Below, in pieces: positions 49,501 to 63,500 of a DNA stretch of 64,000 bases (the stretch's first letter is position 1; every line of letters starts with the position of its first letter). The DNA lies in NCBI GenBank assembly GCA_977030845.1, contig OZ365115.1, forward strand, positions 6,262,001 to 6,326,000, in the 5' to 3' direction. Source of the stretch: Fimbriosthenelais zetlandica. Taxonomy: Eukaryota. The notes below the pieces were generated by a model. It did no database searches. It was not told the origin of the DNA and was given only the letters and a program-made list of their open reading frames with translations. The translations under genes were made by a program, and so were the position numbers.

Positions 49501-52500
49501 CTATTCATTCCTACACTCAGGTGGTCAATTGCCTTTCTTAGCCAATCTGGGCACAAAAGGAATGTGTATTGAGTTGAACTGAATTCTGAAGGAGAAACAT
49601 TGATTTCAACGACCAATTGTAGCTTACCTACAATATAAAGTCTATATAAATGAATTGCAAAATGTAATATGGATAGGTAATGGTGTTTTCAATGCATTTA
49701 TATTACATTACTCCATTTTATTTTATTTCGCACATTTTTCACTAATACGCAATATTGATATTAAGATAAAATAGTCAACTTTATTACTCTTTATTCGCAT
49801 TTTATTTACTGAACATTTATATTCTCATCTGTCATGGACCATCGTTGCTTGTACTAATTCGATCAATTCCAGTATTGGTAAAAAAAATCCTAATTTGGGC
49901 TTTTAATTTTCTACAAACAACACGAAAGCTATTGGACGTTTTTACCCGTCCTAACCTATCTAGATTGTCCCTTATTCCACCCTGTATTACAGTAAAAAAA
50001 AGGGCCATAAATGACACATTGAGCATCCTAATTGAAGCATCATAAATCCTACCAGATGCCCAGCTAGTAAGGGGAGGGCCCCTATAATAATATGGACTTT
50101 ATATTATAGCCATGAACATTACATTAGTTGTGAACCATGTGTAATTCCCTGGTCAGACATCAATTACTCCAAGTCAGGTCCTCACTATGTACCAACTCCC
50201 ACACTCCGTTCAAAGTCTGACATGGATTTTTTTAAATCAGGAATTTTCCTTCCTTCTATGTATCTTGCAGTGTATTCTTCTGCACACAAATATTTGATTA
50301 GATTTCATGGCTCAGAAAAAAGTCACATAGATATGATCTATGATATACATGTTTGTCAATTGAAACCCCCTTCAAACACCCGGTTTTGTAGGGTTTTCCA
50401 TGTGCTCCCATTCTGAGCCTATTATATCAAATCATATCTAATTTCATGGATGGGGGAACATTTAATCTTCTGTATTTACTCGCCTTCCCAGGGGTTGAGC
50501 CTTTTAGGGACCTGCGGGTATTTTTCCCCATACAACATAAGGACATCGGAGCCTTGCATGAAGGTGAGGGCAAAGATGAAACTCTTTCAATCTTTCAAAA
50601 CTCTTCCCTCTAAATGTTTTATTTTGTTGCATGGAAATATTATATATTTTGACACAGGTCTTGAGGCTTCAGTTAGGCCTAAATTTTTCATTACATTTGT
50701 AACTTGGATGTGTCAAGGTTTGATACCAGTTTTCGATCAGTACCAGTGACATGATTTGTCAAATCTGGAATGACTTAAATTAAAACAATATCCATAGCTG
50801 GGTTATCAAGGTTCTGCGGAGATAAAAACTGATAAGTCAAGCAGGAGTGTCAAGTGTCCATCCAGAGCCAACTTTTAATTGGCCAGAAATTGTGCCACAC
50901 AGCGCCCCACATTCCTGTATTGTAAATCTGGTGATGTTGGATCGAAATAGTGAATTGGCGCCAATCTTGCAGGCATTTGTCCCCTGCTCCTCCTATAATG
51001 GAGGAAAATGTGTTATGATGTGTGCCTATCAGTTGAGAATGTCACCCTCTTAAAATCCTATAGTCTCTCTACATCACTCGAGGGTAATAAAAGTGCAATT
51101 TTATTGTCCCCCAAGAGCTTTTTCAAATAGGTAGCTTAGATGGCCACAGATAGACAAAGGCAATCAATTTTAAAGTACGTAAAATCTTAGAGGTAAAATC
51201 AAATATATTGGAATATACACTGAAAAAGTGGATATGTTATGGGAGATTGTTTTCATAAGTGTCTGAAGCAAAACTGAAACAGATTTTTTTCTGAATAGCT
51301 TTTGATATATAAGTAGGATGACAATTTATAGGCCCATCTGACAAACTGAATGACATTCTGACCCCGAAGTGCCCTCAGAAGTGTTATTTTCACTTTGGAT
51401 TTGAAGAGAAAAAAATTACATTAGGGACATGTATATAACCATGACATCAGTTATGGTTAGGTTGAGGTGAATTAAACATGATTTAATTATCTCAAGATGA
51501 CATGCTTGGTGAACAATGCGAGGAGTTTCTTACTGTCCCATATTTCTTCCTGACCCAATTACTACCCTGCCCTCAATTAGGTATAATTAAGGGGTGAATA
51601 TCTTAAGCTCCAACAGAAGAATGCTTCAGTAGTTACTCTATGGATTGGCTCTCTAGGCGGGAACCATTGTGGAGTTCTCAAAGAAGTTCCTTTGAAGCTA
51701 ACGGATCACAAACTAAGCAGGTAAAGAAGGCATTTGAACTTTTTGAGTCCAATAACTGTCACATGTCACCATGTTTGGAATGATTGCCCTCAGTGGTTGA
51801 GTGGGTGTCAGGGAGGGAGTTCATTTGATCTTTCTCTCCTTCTCATCTCCCACGTTGACAAACTTAAAAATGTCAGTGGTTACTTGTGAAAGGGTGTCTA
51901 GAGTAGAGGAGTTTGAATTGAAGAGGTGTGAAGACTGGATGTCACCATAGAGCCATATACCTCAGGTGTGACAAGTTAGGGGGAAAGGTGTACACACACC
52001 ACCCCATCTTATTGTGGAAGTATTTTTTTTATTGCTCAAATGATCAATTGGTATTTTACCTGTTATCTTTGAGCCTGTTTGCTATTTTAAAGCTAATCCG
52101 ATCCTAATATACTTCACTCTGTAGTATACTACATCCCTTTCTCCACCCCTCCTATACATTCTCCTCTTTCCTCTAACATTTTCTTGTCCGAAAATTGCCA
52201 GGTATGCCAGTGACTGTCAGATATCTTAGAAATAAACCAGACACTAGCATTTAACAGTGTTAATGGCAACATAAACTCTATAACAAAGATGGCAATCTGT
52301 GTTGTCTACACCTCTACTATATACATTACCACCACCTGTTTAGGTCAATGTATTCACAAAGCCATTCCCAATACACAATGAAAAATGACATTTTAAGCGT
52401 CAGGATAAGTATGAAAAGAGAGATTAGGGATAGGTTGTACCTGTGGTGCTCTAATCCTGGTCTAACCGCTCCCTGTAGACGTCTGTCTGTGGTGTTCTTT

Positions 52501-55423
52501 ACATTGGTTTTATGTAATACATTCCAGCGGTCTAAGTACCTGTATTAGCTTGCATTCTGCCTTTCTTCTAAATCCTGGTCGCCTACACTTGAACACCCAT
52601 TAAACTTTCATTAAAGATCCTGTATTAAAACTTTAATTCCAATATGGTACACCTGTATATAAGGTACTTATATATTAAGGTTCATGGATTTGGTTTGAAT
52701 GATTATATTCAATTACCCGTATAAATATTTTACAGAACCGAATATGGCTTGGTCTATACTTCCATGCATTTCTACCTTAAATCTAAACACCTTCACGATC
52801 ACGGTTCCCCATGTCATTCCTTGTTCAGATAATATAGCTCTCAAGATGCGTATCGGATATAATTTTGATACATATCCTGTAATTATAGGTATCAAAAGAA
52901 CTGATGAAAGACTTCTTTGCCATTTACATGAGAATTATTTTGATGCGCTTCAATAAATTGCCATGTACTTTGACACAAATACTAGCTAACATTGAGACCG
53001 TTAGTGGATGCGAATGGATTTAAATTGCATTTTTTGAAACGTATAATTATCTACTGAACATCCATACGGTGTTCTTTTCATTGAGGCAAAAATCTCAGGG
53101 CGCAGATTTTGCTTGAGATTTGACTTTGTGAACTGCGTCTGGCCCTGGGGTATCAGAATAAAAAACACATACTAGTAGACCTTAAAGTGTTGGCCTTTGT
53201 ATTAAAAGAAAATGTTTTTACATAGCTTTAACTTAGGAGTGGCACTGATAGTTGGTTGTACTCTATGATTGACCAAGTATGTTAAAAAGAACCTAGTGTT
53301 TGAACAGCTTAGGCGGAGTAAACCCGTTGTAGCAAACCGCTATAAATACATTTATATCTTAAAAACTAACCCGGTGATTATGAAAGTTTATTTTTCTAAT
53401 TCCTACCCTGAGGAATTGGCGCTGTTGGACGCCACAACAACTGTTCATGTCCTCAGGCTGACATATGAGTGTAGGTAACAATAGGGATGTGTTAGGCAAT
53501 CCTGTACCTTATCCTACTATTATACCATGGTACTATTATGGGATAGCCCTCTTACCGTGGAGTAATCTATTATAATAGGTGATTACTTTCATTAGCGTTA
53601 TTTGTCCTTCAAGATTTGTGCCCTTTCTTATTTATGTGCTCTTAAATGTACTTCAGGAATATCCTACAGGACTATCCTAACACATATTTCATACATATAA
53701 AATCCCATTCCTGTAGGGAGAATATGCCATTGTTAGATGCATTTGATGTAATCAGAGGATGGGTTAGATTTGATAAGAGTGAAATATCTTCGGCTGACAC
53801 AGACATATCCACCTGAGATTTGAAAGTAACAAAGGAGGGTATAGAAGAAAGTAAGGGATGCAAACGGGGTAGGCATTAGGTAAAGTGATACCTGGATGGT
53901 TGCCACAGTTAGAGAAATTACACTTTGCTCTTATTGTACCTGCATGTCAGGGGAGGGGCAAGGGTTGGGGGTGGGCGGTTACAGCAATGATCACTTTTTA
54001 CAAAGTTTGAAATCAAATAAAAACGATCCTGAGAGGAATACGTAATGGCATTCTATAAAGGAAATCCTCTGAGCTTGCAAAACTTGTATTTATATCCAAT
54101 TCCCTAGATATACAAACCTATTTCAATAGGGTGTACCTGTATGCTAAACATTGTCCCATGGGACTATGAACGGTTTATATACTAGCAGTAAGTTTGTATT
54201 GGTGTGAATGGGCCGAGGCCTATTGATAAAGCAATGCTTGTAGTTGTCCTATTGTGCTTCCTGTGTTTGGTACAGCCTGTCGACTATAGGTGTCTCGCTT
54301 GTGTCTCCTCAAGCCTTCCATCATATTATCAATAGATGTCACTTCTAATGCCCCTATCTTCACACACAATCTGTGTTTGTATGTATAACCCATATTTACT
54401 CGGCTAAAGTTAACCCCTTTAAGACTAGGGCTTATGGGGCAGGTTTAAAGGGGATTTCTATACTAATTAATTCACCTGATTCAGTCGTGATTTCCTTTCA
54501 TTCAGGTGCATGCATAATGTAAATCTGCCCTATAAAAATTTGCCTATTTCATCCTTTGATAGTTGAAGGAATCAAAAGGGGATTTCTTAGGAAACTTGTT
54601 CAGGTATTGGGTTTCTATGGTGTTTTCATAAATTATTCTCTCAAACATTGATTAAGATGTCAGTGTATTTGACTGCACTTTAATCGTAATGTTGGAATGT
54701 GGAGCTGTGTCTGTGGACCCTCCCCTTTGATGTATACATGTCTTTCAATTGCCGGAGAAGATATTGTTAGCATGTAAAGATAAAATGTGAGGGTATTTCA
54801 CGATTGACTTGAAACCTGGATTTTTCCCACTTGGACGTCAGCCATATTAAAACAAAGTCTCGCAAAGTCACGAGGTCACATGCCCAGACGAGACTCCTAA
54901 TATTATGGGATGTATCTATGGCGTTTTTACTCCAGACTTGAGATTATGGTCAATTTCCTTGTGTAAGTAGCAAAAGGAGAAACTTTAAATGACTGTTGCC
55001 AAGCTGGAGAGGGAGAGGGGCCTGGGATCGCTCAGTTTTTGTTTGAATGCCTTTGAGCTGTATAGAGGTTGGTTGTTGGAGGGTCGAGATGAAGGGAATG
55101 GGGTTCTGTGAGGTGTTAAACATGAAGGTAATGAGGCAGGCTGGTTCACGGCTCTCTCTAACACTGTCTCTGTGGCTGTATACATGGCCAAATCTGGCAG
55201 ACTAGTCACCTAGGTGCAACATTCTCATCACCCAACATTTCCTTTGATCTCTTAAAGTCTGGAAGGACGACTGGTTGAGTTGATCTAAGGAAATGATCTG
55301 ACAGACAAAAAAACATCTTTTCTAGCCTGTGCCATACCTTGATATAGTTCTGAGGACCTGAGAATACCAGGCTTTTTATTATGTTGTGGCCATGTTGGAT
55401 TGTTTTATTTGAGCAGAGCCCTT

Positions 55424-55437
55424 GTTGTCATGGTAAC
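55424..55437. promoter_or_regulatory. RFX X-box GTTGTCATGGTAAC
   Basis: Matches GTTNYYATRRNAAC. Confidence 0.5.
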
Positions 55438-58400
55438 TATCACATGTTTGTGGGTTTAGAGGAGCTGTGTTTGGGTTATGAAGGGTACAGAGATCCCTGC
55501 TCTCACAAAAGATCTCACATGGTTTCCTTCAGTGTATATTTGATTCCACCCTCTGTTCTATGGGACCCTCCTGAGAAATACATGACCTGATATCTTTATT
55601 GATATCATGATTGATTTGATTTTCCATATTATGCTAATCATAATGCTAATCCTATCTTTACTTTTGGAATTGAATAAGACAGATTTATATGCTAAGATTT
55701 TGACAATTTTCCCAGATTAGCCTAATCTATAAAGTTTCATGCAAATCTAAAGGAAGGAGAACGATTTGTGATATTGACTCCTGAATTTGAGGTCTGGAGA
55801 TAATTCCTCAAGGTTACACTAGTTGGCAGCACATGCCGCTCGTCCGAATAGAACTTCATAGTTTTCTCTCCTCTATCTATTAGCTGTCTTCAGAGGAAGC
55901 TAGGAGAAGATTATAATGATGTTGAACTAATTTTTGTAGATTTGAACAGTAGCAATAATGGTTCAAATGGACAATGGTTGTTTTTCATTCACCTCACATT
56001 GTCTTAGTGTACCCATAGTCTATTGTTTAGATATTGTGCTCGTATCTGGTGGGCCTTTGTTAAATTTAATGGCTCGCCTCCAATACCCTATTAAAATGTA
56101 TCAGCGAGACAATGCATTCAAAATGCATTCCTGGCCAGGAAGCACCTTTTAATGGTGGGTCAATTTGGCTGAGACTGTGCAAGTCCAATGAAATAGGAGA
56201 TATATAAATCAGGGGCAGTGTATCACTAAGATTTAAACAATATTGATTGAGAAATATCCCGCTTAATCTTTCCTTAAACTGTCCATGATCTAGCATTCAT
56301 CCCTTGACCATTATTAAACCCAAATTTTGAAATTTATTTGTTATGCATAAGATTCAGGACTAACAGAAAGCTGCATGATCCTGTCCTAAGCCGTACTCCT
56401 AGGCATTGAATAGGAACAACCCTTTACAATGACAAAAGGACCACCAATCGCCCATAGGCCTTTCTTGGAGTAATAGGCAATTTGCTTCATGTTTCTTCAC
56501 AGTGACCCTAATGTTTGTCATGGGGAGCATGGGGAGGGAGGTAGTCTGTACCTATACCATGATGTGTTAGCTCTGAGCTCACCCAGTGCCTGGCTACATA
56601 CACTGTGGGTTAGCCCCAGTTAGCCCCAGGATCTACTCAGTGTTGCTATGGTAAACTTTGGTTTAATACCACTCTCATAGGGCGGGGGTGTAACTGAGTC
56701 TACCCCTGAATCATTCTAACAAATCATGGCAAAACTATTCTTCCTTTAATTCAACTTTTAAAGGGGAGTTCTCCAATTACCGTAGATTCCTTTTCATTTC
56801 TCTGTATATCTTTAAGGTTCCAATGGTTCCAATATCGATTTCTCAATTGATTTAGATTACCTCATATATTTTTGAGGTTCAATCAAATTCATGGGTATCT
56901 CTTACAGTTCCAATATAAATTCCCTCAAATATTTTTGAGATTTTTCAATCCAGAAAATCTTTGTTTTACCAGAGTTGTGTTAGTGTGTCCCCTCAAATAT
57001 GTCAGTGGTTGAGAATTGATGACAGTCTCTTGTTGAGGTGTGAAGGTTTGAGGTATATATTGCAGGTGTGACAGGGACATGGTAAGAACATGGTTTATGG
57101 AGTGAGACTGTAGGTGGTTTCTGTATGAAGTGTGTAGCGTGTGTGTATGTGTGAACTATATGGGAGAATGTGTCACGGTTGGTGGCTATTTTGTTACCAC
57201 TTCATTATGAACCAGTTGGCATGCTCTGGGACTCTCCTTCTTAACCCTCCTTTAACGTGGGCCTATAAACACATATATAACCATTTTTCTCCATACCATT
57301 GCAATAGATTATACATAGAAAATTGCCCTGAAATTGTAGTTATACTGGCCTTAGAGTAAGATTTTGACATGTGTGCAATTGGATTAGTCAGAAGAAAATA
57401 TGCAGTGAATCACCATAAATTTACGTCACAATCAGTCTGTCAGAACTTCATCTTCCCCATCACTCCATGTCTAACTAGGTCAGCCTCGGTAACTCTGCGG
57501 ATGTCGATATTTCCTTTATGTTACATCCAAAACAGATCAAAGGAAAACAATAGTTTAAATTGAAAAAAATGAATGTGACCTAATGGTCAAATACTTCCCT
57601 TTATGTTATATAAACGTTTCCGAGATTTTTGTTTGAGAAAGCAGGATAGAATTAAATGCAATATAATAAGGGGAAATACAAAATGTGCCAGATTTAGAGA
57701 CCTTTGATTCATCAGTTGTTACTTGGCATCTGACTCACCACAGTGCATCCAGCCCTTAAGTAGCCTAACTTTTCCCTCCCCCACTCTTATTCACCTACAG
57801 GTACACCTCCCACACCCGGCCCTCTTTACACCACCTGGGGCTATAGCATCTCCACCTTCTCCCTCTCTTCTCCTTGAACATTAATCCAAAGGATTTATAA
57901 TAACTTTTCGATCATCCTCAGAAAACTTCGGTCAGTTCCCAGTCCATCGTCCTTATACTTTTCCTCTTCCTATTTGTGTGGCAGCTTCAATCACACATTT
58001 GGAGAGAGGATGGGTGGTGGTGGTGCATGTTAGATGACTAGCACCACTATCGGCACCACTCACACCACCAGAGTGGTTCCTGGTCTGTCAAAAGGATCGA
58101 GCACATGGGATTCTGTGTATACATCTTGTCATTTGAGGATGCATTAAAACAAGGAGACAGTAGTAATACATTGTGTTTATACCAAAACATATTTATAATA
58201 CATTTATAGGAATATAACACAATCTTAGACAGAGAAGGATGGGAGTAAGTAAAATTGTTTCATAATTTTATGAATCTTTAAATCTGTCTAATGTCTAAAA
58301 TACTTGCAATGGGGCAGTTGGATTGTCACTGGATGTAGTACATTTGTCAATGAAAGATGAATGTTTAGGATGTGTAGGATAACCATTGAAGATATTGGTT

Positions 58401-60137
58401 CACTGTACATATCCTAATAATATATGTACATATATTGGATTTAAATTCGTGTTAAATCTGATAATGAAATTATTGGTATATTTGCAATTGTATTGAAATC
58501 AATAGATCAATATGAATATAGGCTATAGGCTCATTTTTCACATTATCAATAACAGCCTCTGAGTCCTTAAAATACCCTCCGGTGTAGACACGAAATCCAT
58601 AGTAATATATTATGATATATATCGTTATATTTTCTTTATAATAACACAAAGATCAAAGGGCAGCCTGAATACCTGGGCCGGGGAGTAGCCTGTAAGGAAA
58701 GTTTTTTGTTAGTCTTGTGTACTATTGGCAGTAATTAGGGCATAGAGTACCAGGTCTTTTCAATGCCAGGTGGCCTATCATCTGTCATGTATACAGTATT
58801 AAGGGATTCAAGGTGAAGGTGTCACTACAGACAAATTTTTGCAGTAAGAACTCCAGATTGTGAACAATTGTGGACTGAGATCAGATGCCACTATGTTCCC
58901 TAATCAGGAGGAGTTAAGAACTTGGAACTGTGGGAAATTGTTCACCGTTTTAGAGGTCTTCCATAATCAGATGGAGTCAATGACTTGGGAGTTTGATAAA
59001 GTATTCACTAGGTGTTCACTAATGGCGATTTTACTGTATGTAAGTTGGAGCGATTTCCTTTGACTTCAATGTCATATCAGGTTATCCCATCTTATCTAAT
59101 AAGAACATGTCTGAAAAGGTTTAAATATGTTTCTATTCATAAAGTATAGAGTTTCCCTTTAAAGTGCCCCTGTGAACCCCCTACCTGAGACGTTTATTGC
59201 TCAATAATAATGTACTTTATAGAGTTCACCCCTATTCACACCTTCTCTGCTCTACATACCGCAAGCAGACACTTCAATGGCCCCACATAATACCCAGATA
59301 ATACACATACTTGCCTCTATACATTTACTTGGTGTATGAATGAAATGCCCACGCACGCACGTCTGGTGGGGCACCCTTAATTTGACCTATACACAGACCA
59401 TCATGGTCACCGATCCTAGAAAGGACAGGCTTAAATTTCAATGCAACCTGAGATCTAGTGTTAATTTATTCCATTGTTGGTTTCTCTGTCAATGGAGATT
59501 TGCCCAATGGAATTTGAGAAGTGTTCAATATTATGAAGTGGTTCTCATATCAGGAGGGCATAGGAAAGAAATTGTGATTGAAACTTGGGAACTTGTGTTC
59601 ATTAATCAATGATGTTCTTTTGGCAGATTTTAGTAATAGTTCAAAACAATAGTTTCCTTTCCCCCTCTCCTTACTACGGCGCTTTATAATGAGAAGTTAC
59701 ATGTATGTTATTGTTCACCGCATGGCCTGGATCCATCTGTTTTGGGTCGTGATCAGAGACCTTTAGCCTCTCCCTGGCGGGGGAATATGGAAATCAAATA
59801 TGCGTAGATCTATACAGGTCGAGAGTTGTGTCTACTAGGTACCACCCTGATACATAATCACGCACTGTACTTCTATCTTTCAAACATAATCCTTTTCCTG
59901 CCGTATATAATTATAATATATGCCTGTTTCTCTCTTTCGTGTGAATACAAATATATTATTCTGCCCAAGGAGTAAAATTGTTCAGTACAATCAGGCAATA
60001 CTTGAAAGAAGTTGAGGATGGGATTTGGAATGAGAAGAATATCCTTCAATAAAGCGTGTTCAGTATTCATTATTTTTGACTCAGTTCTAAATAGAACTTT
60101 GAATGTTAATTTAATTCATATTTTCTCTCTTTTCTAG

Positions 60138-60185
60138 GTAAGTAGCAGTTACCGGCTCCCTCCTGACGAGTGCGACAGCACGGGG
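60138..60185 (+). other. Candidate recursive splice site (TAG|GTAAGT) heading a 48-nt in-frame micro-exon (VSSSYRLPPDECDSTG) with a second donor GGG|GTAAGT
   Basis: Strong tract tattttctctcttttctag, perfect GTAAGT directly after the AG, 16 stop-free GC-rich codons, phase 0-0 matching the exon 3 donor. Confidence 0.6.
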
Positions 60186-60572
60186 GTAAGTGACTAAACT
60201 CACACTAGAGGTCAGCACCGTGTGGTGCTAACCCAGGTGGCGCTACCGAGCCAGCCTTTACCCACTTACTATTTCCGATCCTCCTATCCCTTTAATAGAC
60301 CTAAAACTATGCCCTCTAGTATTCTATATCCCACCTCAAAATGTGATTGTCCACACAGGTTTCCTATTTAGCCATGAAGTTATCTCGTGAAAGATAGAAA
60401 CTAGAAAATATTTTGAGACATATAAGGCAGCTTGCTGTGTGCATGACTCGCACTTTGAATTTATTCTTTGGTTGAGTAGTTGGTTTGAGTACAGACAGGT
60501 GGCATTAATACTAGTACGTCACCTTGAGGCTTTGAATCCTTCATGAATCATGGCTATTTAAATCTTCTCCAT

Positions 60573-60586
60573 GTTGCCATGACAAC
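60573..60586. promoter_or_regulatory. RFX X-box GTTGCCATGACAAC
   Basis: Matches GTTNYYATRRNAAC. Confidence 0.5.
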
Positions 60587-63500
60587 CCATGACACCCCCC
60601 CCCCCCACCCACCCACCCGCTCACCACCGACATCATGCCTGACATCAGAACGACCTTGAGTTGACCTTCACCCACGTGAGGTCACTGTCTGGGATCATAT
60701 GTTGTTTGGGGTCACATGTAGATGACCACTATGCTACATAGAAAATGGGGGCAGTCTCGTATCCAACTGTATTATTGGATTTATTGAAGTAGACAAAATA
60801 AATACAGTTTTAGGAGAAGTGAGAGTTCAAAAAACCTCGGAGAGGATGAGGGTAGGTAGAGGCCCCTATGTATCCTGTCCATGGAAGGTCCTTCCCCACC
60901 TTGGTCAATCATGGATGACTGGCCATGTCTCTGTTAACCCTCTTGACATGTTTATGGTCGAAGGAACATCTTGAGAAAAGGTGCTAAGTACTTGAAGAGT
61001 GGCCAGAGGCAAAACTCATTCAGAATGCCTCCTTACAAATGACCTACTCACTCAACACCCCAACCTCTCCTCTCTCTCAATACCCTCTCCTTCGCACCTC
61101 TTTCCCTTTCTCCCAAACATTTTTTCACTTTCCATCTTATATTTCCTGCGTTGGAATTTGTTGTTATTTTTGCATTAACCTCTAGATTTTCTCCTTTTAA
61201 AGGTTATAAATGATAGATTGAAAGTTGAAATTTTTGTCAATATTAATCTTTCCTTTGTCAGCTATCCCTCGAATATTATGATGGAAGTGTTTTTAAATCC
61301 CTACCTCATGATGTAAGAAAAACTAAATTCTTGTACCATAATCAAACATATCACAAGTATTTTATTGCTAAGACTTTGCCAAAATCTCTGCAGGGATATT
61401 GGTAAATGGCACCAACTTCGTGGGGGTCCTTTCATGCCATATTCTACAGAGAGGTCATGTATTTAGGTGTCACTTCTCGACATCTCTTTTTCATTCCTTT
61501 CAAGATCTTGAAATCTCCAGTGAACGATCCTCTAGAACATGGCACGTCGATTCTCCATGAATCTATGCCAACCTTTACAGACCCTGAAATAGCCTTTAAT
61601 GTGTGACAGTCACTGGCCAGGTTCAATCCAATTGAAGTTGACAGTCAATATAACAAACTACCCTAGCCTCAACGCCCCTTCTATTGTGACCGCTTGGAGT
61701 GGCCATGCTCTTGCTACACAAATTACTGCATTGATACCTGAATTACGCGCCTCAATCCGAGGCTTTCAGGACTTAAGTGGGTACAAGAGATGGGTGGAGG
61801 GGGCTATTTGTCTGAATAAACCCTCTCGCCCCCTACTAGCATCACAATTTCTACCCCAGCACATTGCCTCTCAATGAATGAATTCAGTTGATAGGACTAG
61901 AGCCAAAGGTGCTAACCTCTAGTTCTTCAGAAAATATGTACAATGTATCATAGCTTAGAGCGAAGATCCAAGCCATAAATTGAGGTTTATTATGGTTATA
62001 ATTCCACCTATACTTCTGCATATATAAACTAGTGGATTGGATATAGTGTGTCAGACTTTGACATCTTCCTTCACCCAAGTAAATTGAAATCTGCTGGTGG
62101 TGCTTCACTTTACTATCTTCAAAACTAGATCAATTCCAATTTGCAGAGATGGTCACTGGAGGGATCCAGGCTTCATCCTGGGGTATTTTGTACTATACCC
62201 CTGATTTGTTTGTCCTCGGTACCCCCCCCCCCCCCGAGACTGACCTTTACCCCGTCCTCCAGGGTGCCACTGATAAGCCTGATCCTATATCAGCCTATTC
62301 CGTCCCTTCTCGTATATAAGGCTCCTCCATTATAGAACTGTACTGGGCAGAATCTACATTATCACAACGATTCCCATTCCCCCATATTCTCTATCATGAT
62401 ACATCTTAATATGTAACACTTTAATGCATCCCATCCCAAATCCTAAAATGATCTGTATGAGCTTTTCATCTTAGATTCCAATGGTACACACTTATAGTTG
62501 CCAAGTCTATAAGCATAAGTCAATTTGAGAGTATGTGGTCCATAGATCTAGGATAATTCACTGGGCTTGCCTCATTTATGGGATATGCCATATGAGAACT
62601 ACATAGAATAAGATTTCCTATAAACTTTATTACAGATATGCACCCTTTATATTGGGCCTAGCGAATGTTTAGTGGATAAGTTTGCGATATTCCAATAACT
62701 TTTTGCTAAGGGCCCTATTCTAGTGGAGAATGGCGACAATAAGATAACCCATGGAGGGTTATATTCTCGGCTATCTGGCCAGACCACGCCCGCATCACAT
62801 CAATATTCACCAGCCTATCTCCTCATCTATTTACAATAATACAAGTCTAGCATTGATTGACTGCAAGTTTAGTCTTTTCTGCTGGTTCTGCCACTTCTCC
62901 CTGCTCAACGGTATCTCTATTGAGAAAGATGTTCATTAATTTAGATGAGATCGAGATGGGGGATCCATAAGACTAGTAATATACAATATTATGGTAAAAG
63001 TCTATTATAAATCACTAATTCCCTATACAGATGGTCATTTCCTCAGTTAGATATGTCCTTATTCTGAGGACATGCCCTGGCCATACTGCCCTTCTCACTT
63101 AGCAAACATGGACTGGATATCTAGAGTGAAGTATTAGGTTAACACATTGGGAGTGAAGTGTATTAGCTTTGATTTTTGCTTGTGACTTGAGGTCACCCAG
63201 ACACACTTGGAGAAGTATTGACTGTATGGCTGTTTTCAGGGCTGTTATCATGTGAAGGGGCAGAGGGAATCAACCTCCATCTAATCCCTCACTGTCCCGT
63301 CCCTTCACTCTGAGCTGCTCCATGTGACCTATTAACATAGAGCTATTATATTTAAGACAATTACCGGGAGGGGCAACCCAGCAAATTTAATGTCTGCGGT
63401 GGATCAAAATGTATAATGTGAAGTAATGTCCATGTTGATTAATTAAGCTTAGGTATTTTACTATTGTGGGAACTTTTTGAGATTTTGAGGTTTGGAAACG

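Noticed and set aside
58857-59039. 61-codon open frame between ccag| and |GTAAGT (phase 0-0)
   Set aside because: The acceptor lacks a polypyrimidine tract and has nearby AGs, and the peptide has no liprin resemblance; plausible by chance. Junction reads would be needed.
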